From the NCBI GenBank assembly GCA_054600435.1, contig BAAIJX010000046.1, positions 124,001 to 179,155 on the forward strand: 55,155 nucleotides of DNA, in the 5' to 3' direction. The stretch comes from Neophaeotheca triangularis. Its lineage: Eukaryota. The position numbers and the translations under genes were made by a program. Of the stretch, positions 1-12,866 are shown one piece after another; within the stretch, counting starts at the first letter, position 1, and each line of letters opens with the position of its first letter. Below the pieces are notes generated by a model. That model did no database searches. It worked only from the letters and a program-made list of their open reading frames with translations, and was not told the origin of the DNA.

Positions 1-1515
1 GAGGAATGAGTGATGTGTGAGAGCTTGTTGTGTTGTGTTGTGTCGTGTCGTGGAAGTGAGTTTAGTGAAATAGACCTGCTAAGTCACCAAATCCACCAAA
101 ATTGCTGTGCCGTGAGGAAGAACAGAAGGCTACTGTCTAGGAGCGGGCACATCTCAAATTTATCTTCGAGGGACTGCTTTGTCGATTGGGAAGCTTTGTT
201 GAACCGAAGAAAGCGGCTTTGTGACGGTGAAAAGGGGGTTCAAAGATGGGTACTGACAATGGCATTGTTGGGCAAGGTTCCTTCACGCTGGTACAAAGGC
301 TTTGCTTCCAGGTATCTAGCTCGATGATATCAGTGATGGAGTGTTCTCATATACAGATTGATCTTACATCCTTGTCGAAGCGAGAAAGCGCATTGTGGCG
401 ACGTAGAAAAGGTTGAAAGGCAGACGACCGAGCAGCTGACAATGGCATTGTTGACCAAGTACCTTCGCACCAGTGTCCTCAAAAATTACCCAAAGAACTC
501 CGTATTTGTTGAATCGGTTGGGCTCGGATACAACCTACTCCCGGCGCATTTCGCTGTGCACCCAGATCTTGCCTATACATCCAAAGGAGGCCATCGGCAT
601 CTGCAAGCATAGTCAGCGTACCTAATCTTGCCCAGACAAACGAGAATCCGCAGTCGTTACATACTAGGAACGTCGTCTCAAATCCAGCTGCATCTCAACA
701 AATTCGAGGAAGAGATGAAAGATTGAGCTTCTATCACAACAGCATACCGCAAGCTACAGACGTCGAGGCAAACTCACGAGAATACGACTGACCAACAGCC
801 CCCCTACCTCGCGCGTCTGACAGGACAACAAGCAAGCAAACAGTTTCCCCCCTACTCTCACTCATCCATACAAACCCTAAGACTGACCGCACTGGGGGAA
901 CCCGCCGAGTTCCACCACTCAAACCACTCTTCTTCAACGGACGGAACGAGGACAGCGAGAAGCGGTTCCGTGCGAGCCGTCTTTCGATCGAAACCCCCTC
1001 GATTAGCCCCATAGCAAGAATGACCCAGCTAACACTGACCGCCGCTCTCCCATTCCACTTTTCTCTTTATCCACCCATTCATGTTCTATCCTTCACGCTG
1101 ACGCTCAAAAGCGCCCCCGTCTCGACCCCGGTACAGGGGAAGAGCTCTGTTGATACGCATTGTTGTAGTAGATGAAGTCGCCCTCTTGTAGCAAGCCACC
1201 AGTCCCCAATTGCACCGGCGAAGGATAAGGGTTGGTTATGCACACGGGGCTGGTAGCGCGGGTGGGAGCTGTTTGAAACGAAATAAAGAAAGATGTGTTA
1301 GTTTTGCTGAGCGATGGGATATGATAGCCATTTTTGAGGCCTAGTTGGTTGACGACGACGCACCATTCGAAGTGTTTGTTGCTCGCCTATTGGCGAGGAC
1401 CGAAAGAGCGAGACTGACATCTAGATTCAATTTCGACATTTGCTTGCGCTTGTTCATGCTCATGTCGGTGGGTCGAGCTGGCCTTTTTAGTTGGTGAGTA
1501 TTTGGTGTGGTGCGT

Positions 1516-4500
1516 TCATTTGCCTTCGTCGCCGCCTTGGGAGAGGTTCGGGCCTCCTTGGTGGGAAGGACCCCCACCACCTTGGTACCCACCCTGCTGC
1601 TGCTGTTGCTGCATATTCATTGGCATGGCGTTCTGACCTCTGGGTGTGTACCCTTGGTTCGACATTTGCCTCTGCTGCATGTGGTAAGGATGTGGTTGAG
1701 GCATTCCCTGGTGGTTTGGGCTTGGCCCTCCAAAATTCCCTTGAATGCCCCCCATGGGCGGCATACCAGGGCCCCCTTGGTGCTGCTGCTGCTGCTGGGG
1801 CTGGTAGCCTTGGTGTGAGCCTTGGTGCGACATAGGGTGTGGACGAGGAGAGTTCGCGTAAGGCGTGTTACCTGGCTGCATGTGTTGACCTGTGCCGCCT
1901 TGGAAGTGGGGCTGCGGATGTTGCGGCATGGGAGAATACTGTGCTTGTTGCTGAGGCATCGGGCCTCCCATGTAGCCGCCCGACGGTTGCTGAACCATCA
2001 TCTGTCCGCCCATTCCCGGGTTACCGAATGGTGGTGGTGGCGGCCCTTGACCGGGGAAGTTCTGTCGCATTTGTGGTGGCACTTGTGCTCTATCAGCTGG
2101 ACCGGTCCTGTTGTTGTTTGGCTTTTGCTTGCCCTTTGCATTATACTTACTGTTGCCATGAGGCGGTCCTTGCATCATCATGTTCTGGTTGGCTTGGGGC
2201 ATGTTCATCTGGCGGTACTGCATGCCGGGACTCATGGCATAGCCAGGCATCGGTCCACCTTGGTATTGCGGCATGCCCATCTGAGGTGGCATCTGACCGT
2301 TGTACGCTACTTGTGCTGGTGGAAAGCGTGGCGAGCTTTGCACGGAGCCATTGGAACCGAATTGACCCATGCTCGGGGCGAAGTGAGGCATGTTGTGAGG
2401 AGGTTGGAAGCCACGTGGTGCGAATTGGGGCGTACCCATTTGATGCTGGCTCTGCATGTGAGGAGGAAGCTGGTGCACGTGTGGGATATGTACGTTGGGA
2501 TCGGCAGGAGGCATCATCGGTTGCCCGTGGCTGCTATGGCGTCCGCGAGGGAACAACTCAAGGTAAGATGACTTGCGTTCCTCCGGCGAAAACCAAATCG
2601 GCGCCGTCTTGTATGGAGGCGGGATGCCACCGATGTTCTTGTACGATGGCGTCTTCTTCTGATCTTCGGCGGCTTCTGAAGCCAAACGGCTGACCGTGTC
2701 TTGGGCGTCTTCGTCGGCATCCTCCTTTGTTTCCTTGTTTGGCTTGAGAAACTTTGGCACTGTTGGAGCAGCTTTGCTCGCTTGCTGACTGCTCTGCTTT
2801 CGCTGAGGGCTCGGAGAAGAACCAGTGGGAGTAAACTCGCTTGCAACGGGGTTGGGACGGAACTCGAACGCCTTGGCGTTGACGTTCAAGCGTGTCGCAG
2901 ATGCTGGACTCATTGATCCGTTATCCTGGACAGGCGCTTGAGCGGGCGCTTGAGGTTGGACACTGCTCTGGTTCGCAGTTGGCCGTTGGTTCTGGATCTG
3001 GCTGAGCGCAGCAGGAGCCTTGGGGACTAGGCCCGCCGGCAGTGGCTGCGGAGGTGGGATACGCCTCTGGCCCACTTTGCTGTTGAACAAAGCAGTATTC
3101 CTTTCAATGCGCTGTTCGCGAGTAAGGGCGGGTTGACTCTGGCCTGGCTGGGATCCGGTCGCAGCTTGGTTGCTACGGTTGCGGCTATGGTCGAACAATC
3201 TCGGATCGCCAGACGTGCTACTAGATCCAAGCACGTTTGCCGGGCTCTTGGATGCTGGAGAAACACCAGCCTTGCGGTTCAGCTCGGCCTCACGCGCAGC
3301 CTCTTCCGCCTTCCTCTGAATATCTTGCTGCTTCTCAACGTCCTTGGCAAGGATGGGCACGAGGTCGTCTGGCACGCGGCTCTTGAGCTGGAAACTGGCC
3401 GCAAATTTCTTCAAGTCATTGAGTTTCACATTCTTCTCGTGACGAGCACCTGCTCGCTTTTGCTCTTGCGCCTGCCTCATCTTTAGCTTCTCGTTGTTAG
3501 CAAACTGTTTGAAACTGTCGGCCGCGGCGCGCATGTGGTCCTCGGCAGTGTTGTCGCCGGATTTCCTAGGAGCCGCCTGGATGGCAGGCTTAGCTTCCTT
3601 GTTCTCTCCCTGGACGTCGCGCTGCGCCTGGGCGCCTTCAGCAGCAGACTGTCCTTGCACCTTCGTGGCAGGCTTTTCGAGCGATATGATGGCAGGGTCG
3701 AAAGGAGCGCCCGGAACCGTTGGCGCGTTGGTGAGAGGTCGACGGGATGGAGGAACGTAAGACCCGGCGCCGCCTCGCGGCAAGTCGGGCGCATCCCGAC
3801 GCACACCCGAATACTTCTCTTCTTCATCCATGCCACTACCAGCAGCGGCTTCACGGCGTCTCTCTTCAGCGACGTGTGCATTTGCTGGTGCCGAGCCCTC
3901 AATCTCACGAGCAATGCGGGCAGCACGAGCCTCTTGCTGTCGGTACGCCGGGTTTGAACGATCAATCTCTGTGGTGTAGATGTTCTCGTCGTAGGTGGAT
4001 TGCACACCGTACATCTGCTCATTGGCGGCAAATTGGTCCCAGCCAGTCTCGTTTCCAGACTCGAGCGACATATCGATGCCAGCATCGTTGTCTGGTACCC
4101 ATGGCTTGAGCTCACGTTCCCGCAACATCTGACGGTCGCGTTGCGACGATATTTCTGTGTCCGTGCGGAATGCACTCGCCGAGCCTGGGAAGGTGATGGC
4201 GTTAGCAGATGGTGGCGGTGTGGGTAGCATGTTGAAAGTACCGTTCTGAGTTGGCCTTGCACTTGCAGTGGTGACATTGGACACGGACAGATCGGCAGTG
4301 TCCCGCACATCGAAGACCATGCTGTGATCTTCACCTTCTCCCGTGAACTCGTCAGCCGTGGCAGCTGCGCCGTTGACCTGCTGGTGGTTCGCCTGTCGCG
4401 TGCGCTTTACCATTTTGAGGTGATACTGTTGATCTGTAGTGGAGGAAACTTTAGCTCCACAAAAGACACCGGTGAACCGTTCGCCGTTCTTGAGTGTGAG

Positions 4501-5239
4501 AGTCGCGTCCGAGCCCTGAATTGATTACGTTAGTAGGGGTTCATGTGGAGTGCGAGAAATTATGACGGGAACTTGTTTGCGACAAGTGCAAAAGAGTATC
4601 CATGCGGGGGCGTTGAAAGCGTACCTTGAAGTTTGAAAGCATGTGCACCAAGCGTCTGTGAGCCTCTTCCTCTGCTTCCGTCTCTGATGCGCTTTGCGAC
4701 AGGGAGGTAGCTTTCGACGAAGACTTGTCGATACCGTTGGGCACGTGAGAGGACGGGGCGCGCTGCGTGACGATAGGGTTGGGTGACTGCCAGGCTTTGT
4801 GTTGTGGAGATTGCTGTTTTCTGGTGACAGTGAAGGTTAGCGGTATATTCCAAAAATTGCCCGCGGAGAGAAGCCTTTTAAAAAGCACCGCTGGACACCG
4901 AGGTCCTCGAAATATTTTGCAAGGCACAACGGTGTGGTGAGAAGCTGCAATCGCACGCGTGGTGATTGGGCGAAGCGGCCTTAGGGCGTTGTTGCTGACC
5001 AGCTCGCCCTTTCTGCCAGCCTCGTGGGGATGGAGTGTTTTGGAAGCTCACCTGTTCTGTCCATCGATGGGGCTAGGACTCTGCTGCTTGCGAGTACCTT
5101 CGACCGCTTTTCCTCCAGCCGTGTTCTTGAGCTGTTGCTTGTTCTGACCGGCGCCGCCAATGCCTCCGGCTCCGGCTCCGGCTCCTCTTCCTCCTCCTCC
5201 TCCTGAGCCCGCGCCGTTCATTGTAGTGGCCGAGGACAT
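1516..5239 (-). CDS. PBP1: Ataxin-2/Pbp1 family poly(A)-binding-protein-binding protein (Lsm, LsmAD, PAM2, Q/P/G/M-rich C-terminus). Introns approx. 5051-4821, 4624-4516, 4241-4185, 2150-2082
   Basis: Spliced product has an Lsm-like segment (ATLTLKNGERFTGVF), LsmAD motifs (FRTDTEIS, RELKPW, WDQFAANEQMYGVQSTYDENIYTTEIDR), LNDLKKFAASFQL, a PAM2-like RLNVNAKAFEF and a low-complexity tail. GT..AG introns with branch sites keep the frame. Confidence 0.92.
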
Positions 5240-5818
5240 GCTGACATGCACCGTGTATGGCACACACGAGAGGGTGCGTGGAGGGGGACGATGTGGTGTG
5301 GTCGTGTGGTGTGTCTCGGGGAATGTCGCGCGGCAAGCTGCAGACAGAAAGTCGTCGTCCAGCGGGAGTAGTGGAGAGCTTGTGAATGTGTATGGGGGGA
5401 AGCTACCGCACCGCGCTTGTTGTTGGTGCCGGCACTGCCTTTCCGCTCCCACACGCGGTAGACAAAGAGCAGGGATACGGAGATTAAGGTTAGGTATGTA
5501 GAAGGGGAATCGGAGGGGGTTCAAAGGAGGGTAAGGGGCGGGAATGGGACGAGGGTGAGGGTGAGGTGAAGTGTTGTCGTAGGTAAGGCAAGTAAGTAGC
5601 TGCACTTCTCTCTCTCTCGCTGCTCTGCCTGTAGATGGCGCTTGCTCTCCCGTCTCGTTCGGGATGCGCTACTCGCCAAGGCGCTAGATGAGCTGCGGGC
5701 ACTAGCAGGAGGTACTAACTACCTAGGTACTAGTACTAGTACTCGCAAGAGCACGGTAGCACCTGCACCTCAGGGTTCAAGTTCACCTACACCTTCCTAG
5801 GTGTAAACTTCAGGTGGT

Positions 5819-5851
5819 TTGTTGATTGTTGATTGTTGATTGTTGATTGTT
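5819..5851 (+). repeat. (TTGTTGA)n heptamer repeat, about 4.5 copies
   Basis: Read directly, in the PBP1/BUD6 divergent intergenic region. Confidence 0.9.
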
Positions 5852-6486
5852 AATAATGTGTAGAGAGCAGTAGTGTTTCTTTTCCTGCACTACTTCAAGT
5901 CACTCATGCAGAGACGGCAGCAGCGTGTGAGGCCGTCTACAGCTGATACAAAGCACTGCCGTGTCATATCACATAGCTAAGGTGCCTTACCTTACTTGCG
6001 TTGTGAGCATATGTAGGTAACGACCTCGGGAGGCCTCCAGTGTGAAGCACGTGACCTTCTGGCTTATCGCCAAGCCAAGCCAGATAACGGATGGACCTCT
6101 GCTCTGTTCTGCTATGGGACATGTGGAGAGTACCTTAGGTACCTTACCTTACACACTTTGTTACTACCTTACTTTACTACTCACTCGACTACCATTCGAC
6201 GACCTCGGGAGCAAACTTAACAGTCGTCTTCTCTTCTGGCCATGTTTCCCGCTTTGTTGCTTTGAAGCGAGTCTTTGAAAGGCTCCTAGCCATTGTTTCC
6301 GCCGACTAAACCGAAGCAGCGACGCCTGAATGCGCGCATGATCTTGGACCGTAAATCTGGTCTGGTCTACTACTACTCGACAACTTGTACTTGTACTTTG
6401 ACTTGCTGCATCAGCAGGTAATAACATAACGATACCCCGGCCTCGTCCTCGTCTTTCGCCGTCGGCTACCTTTCCTTCGCTACCAC

Positions 6487-9400
6487 ATGTCTAATCACAC
6501 CTCTTACTCCTCAGGCCGCCCTTCGTACGCTTCCAGCACCACTGCGTCAACCTATCCCGACCGAGTCTCTTCAGCCACCAGCATGGCCTCGCAGGATGAT
6601 GCCGCCTCGCAAACAAGAGGCAGCGGGGGCTCAGGCTCTGGAAGAACGTCCAGCAGCAGCAAGAGCAAGCAAAATGTGTGTCACTCTCACCATCGATCGC
6701 GCACTTGCGCAGCAGCAAACATACTGATCTCGTAACAGCCACAGCAGCAGCTGTCAACTATTGAGAAATCAGTCACACATCTCCTGGTTGCTACCAAGCA
6801 GCTCCTCGAAACACTTACTCACTGGTCTCGGGGTAGCGCAACCGAGAGCGAAGTTAGCGACGTCTACGTTCGTTTGGGTTATGAGTTCAACATAGCGTGT
6901 CGAGCTTTCAATGCAATCGGTGTCGACACTAGTGATCTGGGGCCCGTTCCCGACCTCTTACGAGGCATACTTGAGGATACGTTGAGCCAGGAGGCGAGCC
7001 AACAGAGCCTGGACAAATTTCTGCCGAGAATCAGGGATATTATCATTAACCTGCTCCATGGGCTGAAAAAGAAACAACAAAGGCTGAGGCAGAGGACCGG
7101 CTCATCGCGAGAAGGGGGGGATTCCAGGCCGCCCAGACAGGGGAGCACGGCAAGCAACAACAGCTTGGATAGCAATCTTACGCAGCAACTCGAGGACGTT
7201 CCTACGAGAGCATCGAGCGCGAGGACCTACGCACAACGTCAGGGTAGCAACGATATGGCGCAACCCGATTTGCCCCCGCGAACAACTTCTGTTCCTACGG
7301 GCAGAGCCTCCCCAAGAAGACAAGAACCGAGTCCGCAGAACAGCATACACAGGCAGTCAATGAGCAGGGAGAAAGCCGTCAATCCAGATTCCGACTCAAC
7401 ATTATCGAGCAATGCAATGCAAAACATCCCTGTGATTGCGCCGTACCCAGAAACGGATACGATGCCCTCGAACCAAGGCTACGAGCAAGATCAACCCTCA
7501 CCCACCCCTCCGCGTCCGCCGCCTAAGCAGAACGATGCTCTAACTGCACTGCAAAAGGGAGGGGATCTGGAGCGAAGAGCGTCGCGACGCTTCTCAGCAT
7601 ACCAGATTCAAAAGCACCTCGGCACTTCTGTCAATGGCATGCCTACAATACCACCAGCTCAAAATTCACCCATACCGAATAGAGGTCGGGATGTGCGTGA
7701 GTCTATGAATGCGGTACGAACGAGGGGTAGCGTGTTGCACAGTCGAGCGAGGTCACGGCATCAGCGGGAATACGAGGCGAGCCCAGGTCGCGACGTTAGA
7801 CGGATCTCAGAGGAGCCAGGCTTGAAGCAGGATGAAACCCCCGTGCTTCCGAAACCAAAGCCGGCGGATGAAGACGACGACAGTCCGATGGCGAAGACGC
7901 CGGAGGACAAGCTTGCCTCTTACCCATTCCCTGAGACCGGAGCCAAAGAGGTCGAGCAAGCCCCCGCAGCAACGACCAACGGGCCTGTTGAAGAACCCTT
8001 CACGCCCAATGGCAGCTATCAGAGTCCGCCATCCGAGAAGACGAAGACTGTAGTGCCGTCGTGGAGTCGCCAGGCGCAAGCTCAGACATCCCAAGATTAT
8101 CAATTCATGCCAGAGAGCTCACCTCAGCCCGGCAAAGAGCTTACGCTGTTTCTGCAATACAAAAGCAAGATCAAAAAGTTCGTGCTGCCAGATGGTGCGG
8201 ACTTGACTGTTCCAAGGCTGCAGCTTGCGTTTATTGAGAAGTTTGCCTGGAATACTCATAGCAATGGCAATGATCTCCCGGAAATTTACATTCAAGACCC
8301 TGTGTCTGGCGTCAGACACGAATTGGAGGATCTCAGCGATATCAAGGAGCGTTCTGTGCTGGTGCTGAACGTCGAGGCCCTGGACGAAGTAAAGCGACAC
8401 ATCGACGATGGCATCGGTGGCCTCCGCCGTGTCATCGAGGATATCCGCACAAGCGTCGACGGCCAACAAACAGCCCTCCAACGAGTATCAGATCGACAGC
8501 AAGAGGCGGCAAAGGAAATGGCAACTCTCACAGTAGCCCGACCAGAAACCAACCCAACGCCAACCAACAGACTAGGCCGAAAGACATCCCTCAAAGACCC
8601 CAACGGCCAACTAACCGAAGTGCAATCCCTCCGGCGCGACCTTGCCGTGGTCCGTCAAACCTACACAACCTTCGTCTCGGACATGACAGCCTCCATGGAC
8701 ACCGTCCGCTCCAAAGCCAGCGCCGTAAAATATCAAGCCGCCACCGCTACTGTCCCCGACATCGCCACCTCGCCCGACAACGGCCGCAGCTACGTCAACG
8801 CGGGCAAGAAATCCCTCTCTGACGACAGCGAAGTCATCGTCTCCCGCGTTGACGACCTCCAAGACATCGTCGAAGACCTGCGCAAAGACGTCGTGACCCG
8901 CGGTGTCCGCCCGCTTCCGCGCCAACTCGAAACCGTCTCAAAAGACATCAGCACTGCAACTTCCGAACTCAAGAAATTGCAGGAATTTTTGAAGCGCGAG
9001 AAACCAGTGTGGACGAAGATCTGGGAGCGCGAGTTGCAAGTCGTGTGCGACGACCGCGAAATCCTAACGATGCAAGAAGAGCTCGCGGCGGACTTGGAGG
9101 ACGATCTGGAAAAGGCGGCGCAGACTTTTGCCCTTGTTGAGCAGGCTACCAAACAGCAGAATCTCGCGAACCAGAACGGGCCCGGCGGAGCGGCGGGTGC
9201 TGCTGCCGGCGGCAGTGTCGTCGCTGGCACGCGCACGCCCAGTGGGAAGCTTAACCCCGTTGCTTTTGACCGAGGCGCGGATCCTCACAAGGCGAAGGAT
9301 GGGGTTTTGGGCGAAGTGAGGGCGTTGCAGCCAAATCATGAAAGTAGGCTGGAAGCTATTGAGCGCGCGGAACGGGCGAGACGGAGGGAATTGGAGGGGA

Positions 9401-9846
9401 GACGCGATGGCGCTTTTCAGAAGGAATTGGGAAGTTTTGTCCAAGAGGGCAAGCTGAAGAAGAGTGGGGGCGTCGAGGAGGTTGAGCGAGTTAGGATTGT
9501 GAGAGAGGAGAGAGCGAGGAAGGAGTGGGCGGATTTGCAAGCCAGGCGGAGAGAGGAGCGGGCTAGGAAGGTCGAGGGCGAGGCGGCTCCGGCTCCAGCT
9601 CCAGTGGATAATAGTACGGCGGAGTCGACTGCTGAGGCTAGGTTCGAGGAGGATGGCATGGCTCAAGAGGGTGAAAGCGAGACGGCTGCTGCCGAGACGA
9701 ACGGCGATGCGACGGAAGGGTCCTTGGAGGTTTCTAAGCCGGAGTCGACCGAGCGCGCGAGTCAGGAGTCCCCTGAGCCCGTCTTTGTCGAGGCCAAGGA
9801 GGACGTGGTCACCCCGAAAGAAGAGAAGGACTTGGAGGGCAAGTGA
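6487..9846 (+). CDS. BUD6: Actin-interacting polarisome protein Bud6/Aip3. Intron 6676-6738
   Basis: Spliced N-terminus gives STIEKSVTHLLVATKQLLETL. AIP3 domain motifs LFLQYKSKIKKFV, LQLAFIEKF, EIYIQDP, VDDLQDIVEDLRKDV, EKPVWTKIWERELQVVC, ELGSFVQEGKLKKSGG. Confidence 0.93.
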
Positions 9847-10808
9847 GGGTGGCTTTTGTAAGTAGGAGATTGTGCAATCGCTTGGCTGGTTGTCTACTTT
9901 TCGTTTCTTCTTCTTGGTCCGGTAGGAGGTCGTTTTGTCATGTCACGTCGTGTCTTTTCTCTTTGTCTTTTTTTGGGAGAGGGGAGACTGCGAGATGCTG
10001 AGAGGAGGGAGTGGGGGTTCCGTGCCGGGGTAGGCATGTGTGTTGTGCGAGATACATCAAAGAGAAGAACAATGGGGAACGTCAGCCTCGCTTGCTCTAC
10101 AGCCCCGTCTGTAAACTTCTTTGCAACGCGATACCATTTCCGGGTTGGAATCACACAGGCTGCGAGCTGCTAGAGAGGACAAGAGCAAACGCTGGATGCG
10201 AAGGTAATCATCCGCTGAGTAAGGCATGAGAAGGATCACAGCGCTAGACGGCGAGTAACAACAGGACAGCTGCTCCCGCAAGAATCGATCACCGACACTA
10301 CCTACTGCTACAGCTCGGGACAGCAACTCGACCATTACCCCATGCGCATCGGCAGACCACTGGCAGACCCTCCACTTCCCGCTTCGGCAGAAAACCTTCC
10401 GAACACCTTTCTCCGCATCTTCCCCACGTTTTTCCTGCAATCATCAGCTCCAAGAATCAGGGGCCTTCTCCGATCTCTGAACATATGGCCATCTTTCTCC
10501 AAGACATGATGACCCAACCGGCTTTGATTACATTGATCGACACCCGGCCTTTTACTTGCTAACCAAAGCCACGGCGTGGGATTTTCTCATATGTTTCAAA
10601 GGATCAGCATTACTTGGCATGGGGTTGGGGAGCTCCAGCTCTTTAGACCGTCCTGCTAGTATGCTGCGCGATGAGTGTGTCCTGACTGAGGGGAACCTCG
10701 GTGTGTTGTAATGGCGAGCGGTCTTTTCCAAATTCTATGGCTACAGGAGGTATATATACGCACAGCGGCGAGAGCTGGTGGGTAGCTTCTTGCACAATAT
10801 ACGCGACC

Positions 10809-12474
10809 ATGGTCTCGATGAAGGGGTGGAATTTACTCGCTCTGGGCCTAGCGGCTACTGGTGTCGTGGCTCAGAACCACTCTGCTAACGAACCGGTTCG
10901 CGATGTCTATCTCAACGTCCCGTACGAGCTGTACTCTGTCAAACGCCCTATCGATGGATCCTGGCAATCCTTTTCCATCGAAGGCGGATACATGGTTGAC
11001 TTCTTCGGAAACCTCAGGTCAGTAGAAGAACCCAACTTACGCCTAGGGCTCCTGCCAGACCGGCGCTTACTTAATACTCTCTAGCCATCCCAACACCCTT
11101 ACCCAAAACCTCCTCGCCAATCTGGCCAATCTCTCCGGCACCAACAATATCATCCGCTTTGGCGGTTCCACTTCCAACAATGTCACCTACGACGCAGAGC
11201 AAGAAGAAGCAATCGTCAACGTCTTTGAAATCAGTGAGAACGCCGGGCTCACGAACCCAGGTGGAGACCAACCTACCAACTCCACCGTCGGACCCGCGTG
11301 GTTCGAGTCGTTTATGACAGCCCCCGAGGGAACTAGATACATTTACACGCTCAACTGGCGCGACAACTCGGAGGAAGGCATTGAAACCACCATGGAAGAT
11401 GCACAACGCGTTGTTGATCATCTAGGTGACACTCTGTACGCTTTCGCTCTCGGCAACGAAATCGAGCGCTGGGGCGGCCGGTACCGGGACGAAGATTGGA
11501 GTCCCGAAGTCTACACCCGCGAATGGCTGCAGTACGTCGACCGCATGGTGGAGCGGGGCATCCTCAACACCAGCAGCATGCCCGCGATGCAAATGGGCGC
11601 CTTGATGGGCAGCGGAAACGCCTCCTACAACGAGCCCTGGAACTCGGAAACGCTGCTGCGATCCGGCATCAACGCACGCGGCTACGTCAAAGCCGCCGCC
11701 CAGCACGACTACCACGGCAACAACTGCGCCAGCACCGACGAAATCGCCCAACTCCGCCAAAACCTACTCAACCACACCAACATCGCCAACCGCGGCGGCC
11801 CGCACCGCTACCTCGCCCCCGTCGTCGATTCAGCCGGCATCGAGTACGTCTTGGGCGAAACCAACTCCATCTCCTGCCAGGGCCGCGAAGACGTCAGCAA
11901 CGTCTGGGGCTCCGCGCTCTGGTACCTCGATTACAACTTGTACATCGCCAGCCAGATCCCGGCCGTCGCAAGCATGTACTTCCACATGGGGACTCCCTAC
12001 CGATACTCGCTGTGGGCGCCTTTCGCGGACGCGGGGCTGGAAGCGAGCGCGCTCATCCGGCCGAGCTACTATGGCGCTTGGGCGCTCGCGGAAGCTATAG
12101 GCGGTCATGGTGGCAGCAAGCAGGTTCATGCTGTTGTTGAGGAGGAATCGCTCGTGGCGTATGCGCTGTATGCTGCGGGCGCGCTGGACGGGGTTTGGGT
12201 TGTGAATATGGGGGAGTGGAATGTGAGTATGGCGGTTGAGGGGGAGAGGAGGCCTTTCATGAGGTTTGAGTTGCCTGAGGGGATTGATAGGGAGGCGAGG
12301 GTTAAGAGGCTCACGGCGCCCGGGACGGATGTCAAGGATGGGGGGACTTGGGGTGGGCAGAGGCTTGATGATGCCGGGCTGGTGGTCGGGGACGAGTTGG
12401 TCGAGCGTTGGATGCCCGGGGATGTTGTGAATGTTGGGGTTGGGGAGGCCGTTTACATGTCTTGGAGTGAGTAG
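10809..12474 (+). CDS. Secreted glycoside hydrolase family 79 (beta-glucuronidase-like). Intron 11018-11084
   Basis: Signal-peptide-like N-terminus, SFSIE, IRFGGST, acid/base motif ALGNE, nucleophile motif LGETNS, ALWYLDY, FHMGTPYRY, C-terminal RLTAPG..TWGGQ. Confidence 0.85.
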
Positions 12475-12866
12475 GTAGGAGGCCGGGGATGATAGATAGC
12501 TATTGGGTAGACTGTGATAATGGAGAGGCACGCGCAGACACGCGCAAACCCAAAGGTTACGTAGAAACCCTCGAGCGTGAAACAGTCATGTTCCTGGCGA
12601 AACCCTGCTTGTTCCAACAGCCCACTTGAAAAACTCGGAACCAAGCCTATCCGAGGGACTTTGATCCTTATCTCGAACATGAAGCCGACAGAGCAGTTGA
12701 CAGATATCGAACGGATATGCATCATGACTTCCTGATTCGGCGTGCCAAGCCTCGAGTGGCGGCACCTCAGTCGAATTCAAAAGCGCTAGCAATCATCTTC
12801 GCGTTTGACCTCTCGTACCCTCCCCACGGTTTACACTCGCATTGCCCTTTCCGCTCAACGCATCGC

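Noticed and set aside
1822..2693. Long antisense or alternative-frame ORFs over PBP1 (similarly 21986-22726, 31752-32633, 39895-40668)
   Set aside because: Shadow ORFs expected from GC-rich, codon-biased genes, with no recognisable domains
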